Assembly (NCBI RefSeq): GCF_964213995.1
Contig: NW_027590185.1
Span: 310,001-374,000, forward strand
Direction: 5' to 3'
Source of the DNA: Mustelus asterias
Taxonomy: Eukaryota
Length of the DNA stretch: 64,000 nucleotides
Part shown: piece by piece, positions 23,863 through 36,137 of the stretch
Numbering within the stretch: the stretch's first letter is position 1
Layout of the letters: the number at the start of each line of letters is the position of its first letter
Notes under the pieces: generated by a model
The model's database searches: none
What the model saw: the letters and a program-made list of their open reading frames with translations, nothing else
What the model was told of the DNA's origin: nothing
Position numbers and translations under genes: made by a program

Positions 23863-25280
23863 AAACACTTTGTTTTCTTCTCTCCTTTTTCTTCTCATTC
23901 TGGGGTTAAATTGGGGACTTGCAGCAACTGAAGGGAAAGGAAGTGAATTCAGGGAGCTGCAGACTCTGGAAAGGTTGGCCCAGGTATCTCTCTCCCTCTT
24001 AAAGACATTGCCATCCTTTGCTTCCTCAACTTGTCACATTTATTTGTCTGGTTAAGAGGATGGTCTCTTTCCTAATGTTCACAATTTAAAGGGATGATTT
24101 CCCGAGGAAATAGCTGAAATTTAAAGGGCAGTAAATTAATATAGGACAGAGATGTGTGCAGTCTTGTAATATGGTACAAATTAGATATATTATGCATGGT
24201 CCAGTAATAAAGTTCATTTTTTATTATTTTTAGTTTTGTTAATACTGTAACTAAGTAGTTTATTTTCAGTAATCGGGTTATCGTATCACACAAGGAGTCC
24301 ATTCAGCAACTCAAGTCCATGCTAACTCTCTGTCGAGCAATCCAGTCAGTCCCATTCCCCCTTAAGTTCGTAAGATAGAGGAGCATAATTAGGCTATTTG
24401 GCCCATTGAGTCCACTCCGCCATTCAATCATGGCTGATATGCTCCTCATCCCGTCTGTATCCCTGTTCCCCTGCCAGTCTATTTTGACTGCCATCTAATT
24501 TCATTTTGAAATATTGAATGTATCAAAATGCACCACCCTCATAGCCAAACAATTGATATTCAAGAACGTTCACTGTCGAAATAATGTTCTATCTCATAGC
24601 CTTGCTGTACTTCTAATTATTAAACTGGTCCCCTATGTTACATACATTTTACTTCGCTAAGTATATTTAGGTATTTAGACTAGCAGCCTGCATGAAGATA
24701 TCTCAGTGCTGGAGAAGAAGCAGTGAGCATGGATTTGTTGATCAGCATGAATCAACACCTTCAGGAGAATTGGAAGGGTGTATTATACATACAGCAGAGT
24801 GAGGAGACAGGGATAGGGTGTGGGATGGAGATGTACAGATCCAGAGGAACGAGAAAGGAAGAAATGTTCCACAGAAACTAGAATTGTCTATTCTGAATTT
24901 CTGTTTGATACTGACAGTGATGACTTTTGTAAACTCATTTTACAGGAAGTTATAAGGGGAAGATTTGCTGCCAGCAATCTCAAAACATGTTAAGGCTTAA
25001 TAGAGTCACTCAAATTATCAGAACTTGAATATCATCAGACTTTGAATCTAGAAGAAGAAATATTTATCTGTTTTTTCTGTCACATCAGTGTGACTGGAAA
25101 GGCACCAAGGAACACAGACCTGAGTGAGAGTGTCCAGTACACTGACTGTCAAAAGACCAGTTACACAGACTGCAAAAATATCACATCATTTACAGCGGGG
25201 ACAGACAGTACACATGCTCTATGTGTGGATGAGGATTTAACTGATTGTTAAACCTGGAAAGACACAAGGACATCCACACC

Positions 25281-26579
25281 ATGGAGAAACCGGGAAAAGA
25301 TGAGGTTTGTGGTAAGGAATTCCATATCCCGTCTGCACTGCAAACTCATCAACATATTCACACTGGGGAGAGACTGTTCCCCTGCTCCAAGTGTGGGGAA
25401 GGAGACTGCTCCCCATCTGCCCTGAAGATTCATCAATGCAGCCACACTGGGGAGAGGCCCTTCATCTGCTCTGAGTGTGGGAAGGGTTTTCTCCAGGCAG
25501 CCGACCTGTGGAATCACCAAGCAGTTCACAGTAGGGAGAGGCCGTACACCTGCTCTGAGTGTGGGAAGGGATTCACTCAGTTATCCCACCTGCTGACAAA
25601 CCAGCAAGTTCACACTGGGGAAAAACCGTTCAACTGCTCTGAGTGTGGGAAGCAATTCAATCATTCATCTGAACTTTTGAATCACCAACAAATCCACACC
25701 GAAGAGCGACAATTCACCTGCTCCGACTGTGGAAAGGGTTTCACTCAGTCATCTCACCTGCAGATACACCAGCGAGCCCACACTAAGGAGAGGCCTTTCA
25801 ACTGCTCTGAGTGTGGGAAGTGTTTTATTCAATTATCACACCTAGTGAATCACCAGGAAGTCCATAGGGGGGAGAGGCCGTTCCCCTGCTCCGAGTGTGG
25901 GAAGCGTTTTATTCAGTTATCACACCTAGTGACTCACCAGGGAGTCCACAGGAGGGAGAGGCCATTCCCCTGCTCCGAATGTGGGAAGCGTTTTATTCAG
26001 TTATCACACCTAGTGACACACAAAGGAACACACACAAGGGAGAGGCCATTCAGCTGCCCCGAATGTGGGAAACGTTTTATCCAATCGTCACACCTAATGT
26101 CACACCAGGGAGTTCACAGCAGGGAGAGGCCATTCGTCTGCTCCGAGTGTGGGAGGCGTTTTATTCAATCATCCCACCTAGTGTCGCATCAGGAGGTTCA
26201 CACCAGGGAGAGGCCATTTACCTGTTCCGAGTGTGGCAGGGGATTCATTCAGTTATCCGACCTGCAGAATCACCAGCAAGTTCACACCGGGGAGAGGCCA
26301 TTCACCTGCTCTGAGTGTGGGAAGGGATTCACTCGTTCAGCTAACCTGCAGGCACACCGACGTGTTCACACCAGGGAGAGACCATTCACCTGCTCTGAGT
26401 GTGGGAAAGGATTCGCTCTTTCGTCTTATCTGCAGAGTCACCAGCAAGTTCACACTGGAGAGAGGCCGTTTATCTGCTCTGAGTGTGGAAAGGGATTCAT
26501 TCAGTCATCCCACCTGCAGACACACCAACGAGTTCACAAGGATTCACAAAGGGATTCACTCAGTCATCCCACCTGCTGA
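25281..26579 (+). CDS. C2H2 zinc-finger protein, ~13 intact plus 2 degenerate fingers
   Basis: ACCATGG start at 25281 and an open array; coding exon acceptor ends at 24945. Confidence 0.85.
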   Translation: MEKPGKDEVCGKEFHIPSALQTHQHIHTGERLFPCSKCGEGDCSPSALKIHQCSHTGERPFICSECGKGFLQAADLWNHQAVHSRERPYTCSECGKGFTQLSHLLTNQQVHTGEKPFNCSECGKQFNHSSELLNHQQIHTEERQFTCSDCGKGFTQSSHLQIHQRAHTKERPFNCSECGKCFIQLSHLVNHQEVHRGERPFPCSECGKRFIQLSHLVTHQGVHRRERPFPCSECGKRFIQLSHLVTHKGTHTRERPFSCPECGKRFIQSSHLMSHQGVHSRERPFVCSECGRRFIQSSHLVSHQEVHTRERPFTCSECGRGFIQLSDLQNHQQVHTGERPFTCSECGKGFTRSANLQAHRRVHTRERPFTCSECGKGFALSSYLQSHQQVHTGERPFICSECGKGFIQSSHLQTHQRVHKDSQRDSLSHPTC

Positions 26580-26904
26580 GACACCAGTAAGTTCACAAGT
26601 GATGACAGGGGTTGGATTCTGCTGTTATTGCTGCTGTTAATCACATCCAGGACTGAACCATGTTCATTCTGACAGTTGGTGAAGTGGGAGGGTCGGAGAG
26701 TTTCTTTCTGCTGGACTGGCCGGTCTCACAACTTTGTTTCCAGTGGACTGATGCTCTTTGAGTTTGGGAGAGCACATTTCCACTGAAATGATTCGCAAAA
26801 ACAAAGCTGATGAATGTGCCAACTCGACACAGCCACCCAAGGCCGGAATCGAACCCGGTCCCTGGGGCTGTGAGCCAACTGGTCTAACCACTGCACCACC
26901 ATAT

Positions 26905-27793
26905 CATGGACACCGAGCAAAACTGGAATCAATGGATATCAAGGGGCAAACTCTCTGCTGGCTGGACTTATACTGGCAATTAGGAAGATGGTTGTGGTTG
27001 TGGAGGGTCAGTCATCTCAGCTCCAGGACATCAATGCAGGGATCTCTCAGGGTCGTGTCCGACGCCCAACCATCTTCAGCTGCTTCATCAATAACCTTCC
27101 CTCCATCATAATATCAGAAGTGGGGATGTCCGCCAATGAATACACAATGTTCAGCACCATTTGTGACTCCTCAGATACTGAAGCAGTCCATGTCCAAATA
27201 CAACAATATCCAGGCTTGGGCTGACAAGTGGCAAGTAACATTCATGCCACATAAGTCCGAGGCAATGACCACCTTCAATAGAAGAGAATTTAACCATCAC
27301 CCCTTGACATTCAAGGGTATTACCATCACTGAATCCCCCTTCCATTATCAACATCCTGGGGGGTTACATTGACCAGAAACTCATAGATACTGTGGCTACC
27401 AGAGCAGGTCAGAGACTGGCAGCCCTGAGGAGAGTAACTCACTTTCTGACTCTCCCACCCAAAGCCCGTCCACCATCTCCAAGACACAAGTCAGGAATAT
27501 GATGGAATACTCTCCACTTGCCTGAATGAGTGCAGCTCCCAACAACACTCAAGAAGCTCAAAACCATCCAGGACAAAGCAGCCCCACTTGATCAACACAA
27601 CCACAAACATTCACTCCCTCTACCACCGACGGACAATAGCAACAGTGTGTACCATCTACAAAATGCACTGCAGGAACTCACCAAGACTCCTTCGGCAGCA
27701 TCTTACAGACCCAGGAACATTACCATCTAGAAGGACAAGAGCAGCAGATACATGAGAATGTCACCACCTGTAAGTTCCTCTCTAAGTCACTCA
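26905..27793 (+). mobile_element. Degenerate LINE (CR1/L2 group) RT and 3' region, continuing at 29075-29270
   Basis: PTIFSCFINNLP, IQAWADKWQVTF motifs; tail resumes after the LTR insertion. Confidence 0.65.
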
Positions 27794-29074
27794 TGTCAGG
27801 AAAACAGAGGTAGTTTTAAGTGATCTATGTTTCTATTGTTAAATATTAGAAATAAAGTATAGATTTAAGTAAGTTTGATTTAGTGTTTCTGTAGGAAGAG
27901 GAGAACTTTGGTTGGATTCTTGTTGAACAAAGGTGTTTGCATGTGCGGGGGATGGGTTTCAATTCAAATTGTATTCCTGTTGTGCTGAGAGAGTTTATGG
28001 CGTGAAAAATAAACATGAAGTTGGAGAAATAATGCATTGTTGCATAGCAACCAGCAGCACCTTTAGGGTGAGAAGGTTTTTTGAGTGTAGTTTTAGTTGA
28101 ATTTATAGCAGTTGGGGTGAGGAAACGAGAGGGTGAGCAGCTCTCAGCTCTACTAGAAGCAGGAAAGCCATACAATGGAGTAATGTGTCCGAAAGCAAGT
28201 TCCAGAGGAACTACAGGACAGTTCGTTTGAGAAACCCGGGAATGGAAGGGAAGTGTCAGGAATATTTAAGTAAAAAAGGAACAGCATTGTCTTTGGAACA
28301 GGATACTATTCATGGAAGTTAAACTCAGACCTGGGAAGAAAAGAACTGATGAGGTTGGTGACAGAGAAGCCACATATCTGAAATAGTGGGAAGGTTTGAT
28401 GTCCTTAAATCCAGTTTTTGAAGCAATTGTATTCTGTTAGGGACTGATGATCTGAGTTTATGTAGAATTTTGGAAGCATGTTGCAATTCAAGGCAAAGGA
28501 ATTCTGAGAGTTAAAAACCTAGAGGCAGCTTCTTGCTAAAAGAGTGGAGAGGAAGCCTTGTTTGAAAGGATAATTGAAAGACCTGGAAGTGGATCTTTGT
28601 TGAAAGCAACGGAGAGAAACTTGGTTTGGAAGGAGATATTAACACGTGTCTTTCTGAGAGCGGTGTTTGGAAACACTCGTGACAATCATCTGGAGGGAAA
28701 TTTGAGGAGAAATCCACAGAGGATTGATTGAGTTGCATCTGCCACTTGGTTTCAGAGTGGGGGTTGTCTGATCACAGCTAACCTGTGGGTTTAAAGGAAC
28801 CATGTGTTTACTGAGAACATTATAGCATAAGGAATTTTAAATCTATGTTATCCTTGAAATCTGGATACATTTGTGAAGGTAAGTGTGAGTCAAGGAGTAT
28901 TTTGTTATCGTCAAACTCTTCGTGTTTAATAAATATTTTATTAAAAGCTAATTGGCAGTCCTGTGATTCTGTTCCTTTATGTTTTCTCCAAAAAGTAAAA
29001 GTTGCGGTCTTTTGAGCCAGTGTTCCATCCGGGAATCATCCTGTCCAATTATAACATCAACTGGGATCGTAACA
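27794..29074. mobile_element. Solo LTR (~1.28 kb)
   Basis: TG...CA termini with a 4-bp TSD CTCA (27790-27793 / 29075-29078); interrupts a LINE tail; AATAAA near the right end. Confidence 0.75.
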
Positions 29075-30879
29075 CTCACCATCTTGACTTCAAAATATAT
29101 TGCTGTTCCTTCGCTGTCACTGGGTCAAAATCCTGGAGCTTCCTCCCAAACAAGTGTGGGTGTCCCTACACCACAGGGAATGCTGTGGTTCTAGAAGGCA
29201 GCTCAACACCACCTTCTCAAGGCCATTTAGAAATGGACAATAAATGCTGACCTAGCCAGTGAGGCCCACCTTTTATTATTCAGGGCAGACTGTGGGCTTT
29301 GACCTCTGTAAACGAATAAAAAATAAGGTAATACCTGTTTTTAGCCCATTGAATTGGTTTTCAATGACAGCATTGTCTTCTTCCTTGTTCTTATGTCCTG
29401 GGCCTATTACACAGATTTACTTGAAGGAATAGAGCCAGCCTGACTCCACTGTGTTATCTCTGACACTGTTATCATTCCCCAAGCTGCTACAGACAAGTTC
29501 ATTAGCTCAAACAAACACATCTTTCTCACAGTGTGAGGCCAGCTTCCTGCACAATTTAATTCATTTTGCAGACATTGCTAATTCCAGCAAGGCTGCGACT
29601 TGATTACATTGACCAGCATGCTTTGCACATTGAACCCACAATGCAGTTCAGTGCAGTTCTTCAGACATGCTCAGTCTGGGTTCTTCTATCACCCTCGATA
29701 TTCCATGTTACCACCATGAGAGACTCCACACACAGCGTTACACCACAACCCGTGAACGCTAATTAATATAAAATAAATAAAGTTACAAACTGACTGCACA
29801 TTAAAAAGGTCCATAATACATTGGTTTCCAACAGAGCCATTGTAATAAAAGCCAATGAAGTTATGCTGAAGCTTTATGAAGCACTGTTTAAACCACAATG
29901 GGAATATTGTGTTCATATCCAGACAGCACGCTTTAGGAAGGATGGGATGGTCCTTGAAAAGGTGTGGAGGTTCACCAGAATGGTTCCAGCAATGAAGGAT
30001 TTTAACTCCAAGGTCAGGTTCGAGAAGTTGGAGTTATTCTCCCTGGAATGAAGGAGGCTAAGGGAAGATCTGATAGAGGTGAGCACTATTATGACAGGTT
30101 TAGATCAAGTGGATACAGAAATTGGCCAGGATTGACAGAGACTGCTGGAGGCAAGGCTATTGGTTAATATAACTTTTTATTGCACCTTCTTCTAAATATG
30201 TACAGCACAAGGCTCAGCAAACAACCATCTCTCAGCAAACTCTTATCACCTGATCTTACATCACTGGGTAGAATATTTACAAATTTAACATTAACCCTTG
30301 ACACTGCACCAAGTCTTCAGTCAGCCTCCTAACATCCCCTCAGTGCCAGTTGTCTGATTTATCAATTGATGTTTCTGAGATTCACCTTGGGACACTCTCC
30401 TACATTGAAGGTCTGATGTAAACAAAAGTTATTTTTAAAATCTCATTGTAACAGACTGAGGAAGTCAGGATTAAAACAATATCTGGGTAAATGGAGTTAG
30501 GTCACAGATCAGCCATGACTTCAGTGAATGAGAGAACAGGCTTGAGGGATAAATGACCTCCTCCTGTTCCTGGTAAACTTGGACTCAGACACCAGCTGAT
30601 GAATGGAAAGTGATGGGAGACCTGGGGAGAAGAGACTTCATCAGAAACCAGCACTGGAGCAGAGTTAGAGCGTGGGAGAATCCTGGGGAGAAACTACACA
30701 GGAACTGGAGTAGGTTGTTCAGCTCTTCCAGTCTGCTCTGTCATTCAGTTAGACTCTGGCTGATCAATCAGATTATCAAGATTTATTTGATTCTATTCTG
30801 TAGATTAAGCTGCAGCTCAGTTTTATGGGAAATTAACATCAGCAGAAACAAACTCCAACTATCACAATGGGAACATGTG

Positions 30880-32140
30880 AATTAGGAGCAGGAGAAGGCC
30901 ACTCGGCCCCTCGAGCCTGCTCCACTATTCAATAGGATCCTGGCTGATGTGATTATAGCTTCAACTCCAGTTTCCTTCTTACCCCTCACACCCTTTGACT
31001 CTCGTTAATCAAGAATCTATTAAATTCAGACTTCAGAATATTCAGTGAGCCAGCCTCCACCACTCTCTGTGGAAGAGAATTCCACACTGTAACAACCCTC
31101 TGAGAGAAAAGGTTTCTCCTCATTTCAGTCTTAAATGGGAGACCCCTTATTTTTAAACTGCCTCTAGTTCTCCTCTCTCTACAATCAACATCCACTTTGT
31201 CAAGTCCCCTCTGAATTTTATATGTTTCAATCAGATCCTCTCTCATTCCTCTAAACCCCAATAGATACAGGCCGAACATGTCCAACTTTTCATCATATGA
31301 CAACCCCCTCATCCCAGGAATCAGTCAAGTAAACCTTCTCCGAACTACTTCTCACACAAGTCCTCTCTGAAGTAAGGAGACCAAAACTGTACACAGTACT
31401 CTTGATGTGGTCTCACCAATACCCTGAACAAATGCAGCAAAACATCCCTGCAATAAACAACAATTCATTTACCTTTCTAATCATTTGCTGTGTCCACACA
31501 CTAACGTTTCCTGATTACAGTACCAGGACACCCAGATCCCTCTGTACCTGCAATCGCTCTCTTTAAATAATCAACTGCTTTTCCATCCTTCCTGTCCAAA
31601 TGGACAAGTTCACATTATCCAAAAATCTTGTTCCAGCTACCAACTTTTTACCCACTCACTCACTATGTCGCTTTGCAGGCTTGTTATGGTCATTCACATC
31701 TCACTTTCCGACCTACCCTTTGTGTTATCAGCAAATTTTGATCCTGTCATCCACGTCATGAAAATAGTTTGTCAATAGTTGAGGCCCCAGCACTGATCCC
31801 TGTGGCACTCCACAAGCTACATCTTGCCATCCCAAAAGTTACTCCTTTCTCCCTCCTCTCTGTTTCCCATTAGCTAATCAATCCTCTATCCATGCTAATA
31901 CAAAGAACCGATGTGGATGGGATGCTAATATGTTATGCCTTATGCTACGAATTCTTATTTTGTGTGGTAAACTTTGATGTGTCAAATGCCTGCTGGAAAT
32001 CTAAATACACCACATCCACAGGTTCCACTTTATCCACATTGCTTGTAACTTCCTCAAAGAAATCCAATAAATCAATTAAAGGTGATTTCCCTTGCACAAA
32101 ACCATGTTGACTCTGCCTGATTGTACAGAGATTATCTCTG
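30880..32140 (-). mobile_element. Degenerate CR1 LINE
   Basis: QHGFVQGKS.L..LLDFFEEVT..VD..VDVVYLDFQQAFD and C-terminal motifs. Confidence 0.75.
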
Positions 32141-32183
32141 TGTTCCACCCTCCCAGCCTCCTTAATAACAGAATGAACATGAT

Positions 32184-33494
32184 TCAGTCCTGCATGGGGT
32201 TAGCAGCAACAGCAGAATCCAATCCCTGCAGTGACTTGTGAACTTGCTGGTGTCTCAGCAGATTGGCTGACCGAGCAAATCTCTTCCCACATACGGAGCA
32301 GGTGAACGATCTCTCTCCTGTGTGAACCTGCTGGTGTCTCAGCAGGTGGGATGACTGAGTGAACCTTTTCCCACACATGGAGCAGGTGAATGATCTCTCC
32401 CCAGTGTGAATTTGCTGGTGTCTCAGCAGGTCCTTCGTGCTTTTAAAACTTTTCTCATAGTCAGAACACTTAAAAGGTCTCTGATCAGTGTGGACCAGTT
32501 GATGTGCAATGAGCTGGGGTGGCTGAGTGAATCGTTTCCCACATGTGGAGCAAGCGAAGGGTTTCTCCCCAGTGTGAATTCGCTCGTGTATCAGAAGGTG
32601 GGGCGAATCAGTGAATCCCTTCCCACACACACAGCAAATAAATGTCTTCTCCCCGGTGTGAACTCGCTGGTGTCTCAGACAGTGGGATGAATGGGTGAAT
32701 CCCATCCCACACACCGAGCAGGTGAACGGTTTCTCCCCAGTGTGAACTCGCTGGTGTGTCACCAAATCCTGTTTACTTTTAAAGCTCTTCTCACAGTCAG
32801 AACACTGAAATGGTCTCTTATCAGAGTGAACTCGCTGGTGTGTTTGCAGCTGGGATAAACGTCCGAATCTCCTCTCACACACGGAGCAGGTGAATGGCTT
32901 CTCCCCAGTGTGAGTGCGCTGATGGACTTGTAAATCATTTTTACTTTTAAACCTCTTCTCACAGTCAGAACATTGAAATGGTCTCCGATCAGTGTGAACA
33001 AGTTGGTGTGTCAGAAGGTGGGATGACTGAGTGAATCCCTTCCCACACACTGAGCAGGTGAACGGTCTCACCGCCATGTGAGTGCGCTGGTGTCTCAGGA
33101 GGTCCTTTGTGCTTTTAAAGCTTTTCTCACAATCAGAACATTGAAACGGTCTCTGATCGGAGTGAACTTGCCGGTGAATCAGGAGGCTTGATAAAGCATG
33201 ACATCCCCTCCCACATTCGAGGCAGGTGAACGGCCTCTCACCAGTGTGAACACGCCGGTGTGTATAGAGGCTGGATGAGTAAGCAAATCCTTTCCCACAC
33301 TCAGAGCAGGTGAACGGCCTCTCTCCAGTGTGAATGCGACGATGAATATCCAATTCGGACGGGTAATTGAATCCCCTCCCACAGTCCCCACATTTCAATG
33401 GTTTCTCTGTGCTGCCGGTGTCCTCGTGTGACTCCAGGTTGGATGATGAGTTGAAGCCTCGTTTACACAGAATATGAGTCGGGTCACTACTCAC
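32184..33494 (-). CDS. C2H2 zinc-finger array, 13 intact fingers plus 1 broken (C->Y); family ATG absent
   Basis: Open frame from GTG; the MEKP position reads TEKP (ACA); the frame reads through the usual stop position into SLQGLDSAVAANPMQD. Confidence 0.75.
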   Translation of the reverse strand: MSSDPTHILCKRGFNSSSNLESHEDTGSTEKPLKCGDCGRGFNYPSELDIHRRIHTGERPFTCSECGKGFAYSSSLYTHRRVHTGERPFTCLECGRGCHALSSLLIHRQVHSDQRPFQCSDCEKSFKSTKDLLRHQRTHMAVRPFTCSVCGKGFTQSSHLLTHQLVHTDRRPFQCSDCEKRFKSKNDLQVHQRTHTGEKPFTCSVCERRFGRLSQLQTHQRVHSDKRPFQCSDCEKSFKSKQDLVTHQRVHTGEKPFTCSVCGMGFTHSSHCLRHQRVHTGEKTFICCVCGKGFTDSPHLLIHERIHTGEKPFACSTCGKRFTQPPQLIAHQLVHTDQRPFKCSDYEKSFKSTKDLLRHQQIHTGERSFTCSMCGKRFTQSSHLLRHQQVHTGERSFTCSVCGKRFARSANLLRHQQVHKSLQGLDSAVAANPMQD

Positions 33495-33989
33495 TGAGAA
33501 TGATGTGATTATTTTTCAGACTTGTTCAACCACTTTCCACATTCAGCACATTGGAAACCCTCAGGTGTGTGTGTGTCTCGGTGCTTTTTCAGTCACACTG
33601 ATGTTTGAAATCTTTGCCCGCAGACAGAATAAACATTTCTCCTTCTGGAGACAAAGGCTGATGATATTCAGTTTCTGATTAATCAAATCACTGAAACAGA
33701 TCTTGATGTGAAGTTTGGTTTGAGTTTCATATCTGTAAATCTTGCTTCATAATACTCTGCAAAAACAGTTTACAAATACAGGGTACCATCACTGTCAGTC
33801 CAGGATAGAAATTCTGAAATTTCTCTGCAACATATTTTCCTCTCTTGTTCCCCGTCCCACACACTCTCCCACCTCCCCTGGGCTGAAATCCAAACCCATC
33901 TCAACATCTCCACCATTTCTTTCCTCCACTCCATTTTCTCCCTCCCTCTCCTCTGTCTGGGTTCAGTTATTGATGTGGAAATCTCACTA

Positions 33990-34235
33990 ACTGTCCTGGC
34001 TGGAGACAATACACATCTCTTTAACCTGTGCTCAACTCTCCCTCCACTCACATTGTCTGTACCTTTAAGAATTGATTACCTGTAAAGACTCGCATTCCGA
34101 CCATTATCTTGTAAATTGAGTTTGTGAACAAAACTCCCACTTACCTGACAAAGGAGCAGCGCTTCGAAAGCTGGTGGCTTTTGCTACCAAATAAACCTGT
34201 TGGACTTTAACCTGGTGTTGTTAAACTTCTTACTG
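33990..34235 (+). mobile_element. PLE pseudo-LTR fragment with degenerate hammerhead
   Basis: Homologous to 20395-20666; core reads CTGACAA and the site reads CUG, so probably inactive. Confidence 0.75.
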
Positions 34236-34579
34236 GGTTTAGTTCTCCAGCTCCTGTCTGCAGACTGACAATAAAACCAATGGGTCTGGGGCCTCCAGCG
34301 GGTGTTTGTGAATCCTCCCCGCCCACCTCCCAGGGTTTCCTTCCTTCCCAGAGATCAGAGTCCTCATTGATTTGAGGCCAAAGTGTAACCTCTTATTTAT
34401 TGTCCCCCTCCCCCATCCTCTGATGTGAACCATCCTCCAGTGGCTGAGCCAGGATGGGGCCGTTAACCTGGGCCTGTTCCCGGGAGGGAGGGAGGGAGAA
34501 GCCCCGCAGCTGCAAACCAGGGAGCTGACAATGATTCTGAAGGGTTTGCGGATCCACAAAGTGTTTCCAAATCCTCCCA

Positions 34580-34930
34580 GCCACCGCCTAACGCTGACTC
34601 CGCTTCTCCGGGACAAACAAGCGCCAAGGACAGCAATGACACTGCGCATGCTCCACATCACAATGCCCAGGGGCTGATTGACAGCAGCTCCGGACCAATA
34701 GGAAGAGGGGGCGGGGCTGGAGGACCGAGTGGGAGCGGCTGGTCCTCCAACCAATCGGAATGAATGAGGGGCGGGACCTGAAGCATGCGCAGTGCGGGTG
34801 AACCAGATAAACCTGTTGGACTTTAACCTGGTGTTGTTTGACTTGTTGCTGTGTTTACCCCAGTCCAACGCCGGCATCTCCACATCAGTGCGGGTAATGG
34901 CGACGGCCGGTTTTAGTTTGGAAGCGAGAT
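34580..34930. promoter_or_regulatory. CpG-island, probably bidirectional, promoter between divergent ZNF genes
   Basis: TGCGCATG and GCATGCGCA (NRF1-like), two CCAAT, two GGGCGG boxes, TGGAGGACC-n14-GGTCCTCCA, AATGGCG. Confidence 0.7.
34800..34885 (+). mobile_element. 86-bp PLE 3' end insertion with 10-bp TSD
   Basis: CAGTGCGGGT at 34790-34799 and 34886-34895 flank ATAAACCTGTTGGACTTTAACCTGG...CCAGTCCAACGCCGGCATCTCCACAT. Confidence 0.8.
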
Positions 34931-35464
34931 CAATGAAGGGAAAGGAATGACTGGCAATTGGGAGGTTTTAAAAGTGTGATATCAAGAGTCCAGGGGCAGT
35001 ATATTCCTGTTAAGATGCAGGGAAAGAATGGTAAATTTAGGGATCTCTGGCAGACAAGGGACATTGAGGCTCTGGTCAGGTAAAAGAAGGAAGCATACAT
35101 TGGGTTTAGGCAATCGGGGACAAATGAATCACTCTGACTATAAAAAGTGTAAGAAAATACTGAAGAGGGAAATCAGGAGGACAAAAAGAGGGTATGATAT
35201 GGATCTGGCAGGTAAGATTAAAGAAAATTCCAAGATGTTCTATAGCTATATTAAGAGGAAAAGGGTGGCTAGAGAGAGAATAGATCCCCTGAAAAATCAG
35301 TATGGCCATCTGCGTGTGGAGCCACAGGAGATGGGTGAGATTTTTAATGAATACTTCTCTGTGTTTACTGCGGAGAGCACCATGGGTGCGAAAGAAATAA
35401 GGGAAACAAGTGGTGATGTGTTGGGCACACGCATGTTACTTGGGAGGAGGTATCTGCAGCCTTA

Positions 35465-35651
35465 TAAAAGCAAATTACTGCGGATGCTGGAATCTGAAAC
35501 CAAGAGAGAAAATGCTGGAAAATCTCAGCAGGTCTGGCAGCATCTGTAAGGAGAGAAAAGAGCTGATGTTTTTTGTCTAGATGACCCTTTGTCAAAGCTC
35601 TGAAACATCAGTTCTTTTCTCTCCATACAGATGCTGCCAGACCTGCTGAGA
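35465..35651. mobile_element. Hairpin (inverted-repeat) non-autonomous element with decayed hammerhead, second family
   Basis: TCTCAGCAGGTCTGGCAGCATCTGTA...TACAGATGCTGCCAGACCTGCTGAGA arms; same family as 59840-60025. Confidence 0.7.
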
Positions 35652-36137
35652 ATGGGGAGAGAGTGTGTGGGATGGAGATTTACAGCTTTTGGGGAATGAG
35701 AGAGGAAAGAATGTTCCATAGAAATTGTCTGTTCTGAATTTCTATCCTGTACTGACACTGATGACTTTTGTAAACTCATTTTACAGGATATTGAAAGAGG
35801 AATCACAGGCTGAAATCTCAAACGTCACGTCTCGATCTGACAGAGTCTTATTCCTTGGGACCTCAATATCATCGGACTTTGAACCTAGAAGGAGAAATGA
35901 TTGTCCAGTCTGTCGATTTGAAAAGATTTGAAATGTCAGTGTGAGTGAAAAAGCATCAACACACTACCACACTCGAGTGAGAGTGTTCCAATGCACTGAC
36001 TAAAGAGCTTTAACCAGTTACACAGTCTGAATCAATATCACACCATTCACAGCGGGTAGAAACTGTAATCTTGTTCTGTGTGTGGACGAAGTTTCAACTA
36101 ATTGTCCACCCAAGAGAGAGGTAAGGACACCTGCACC

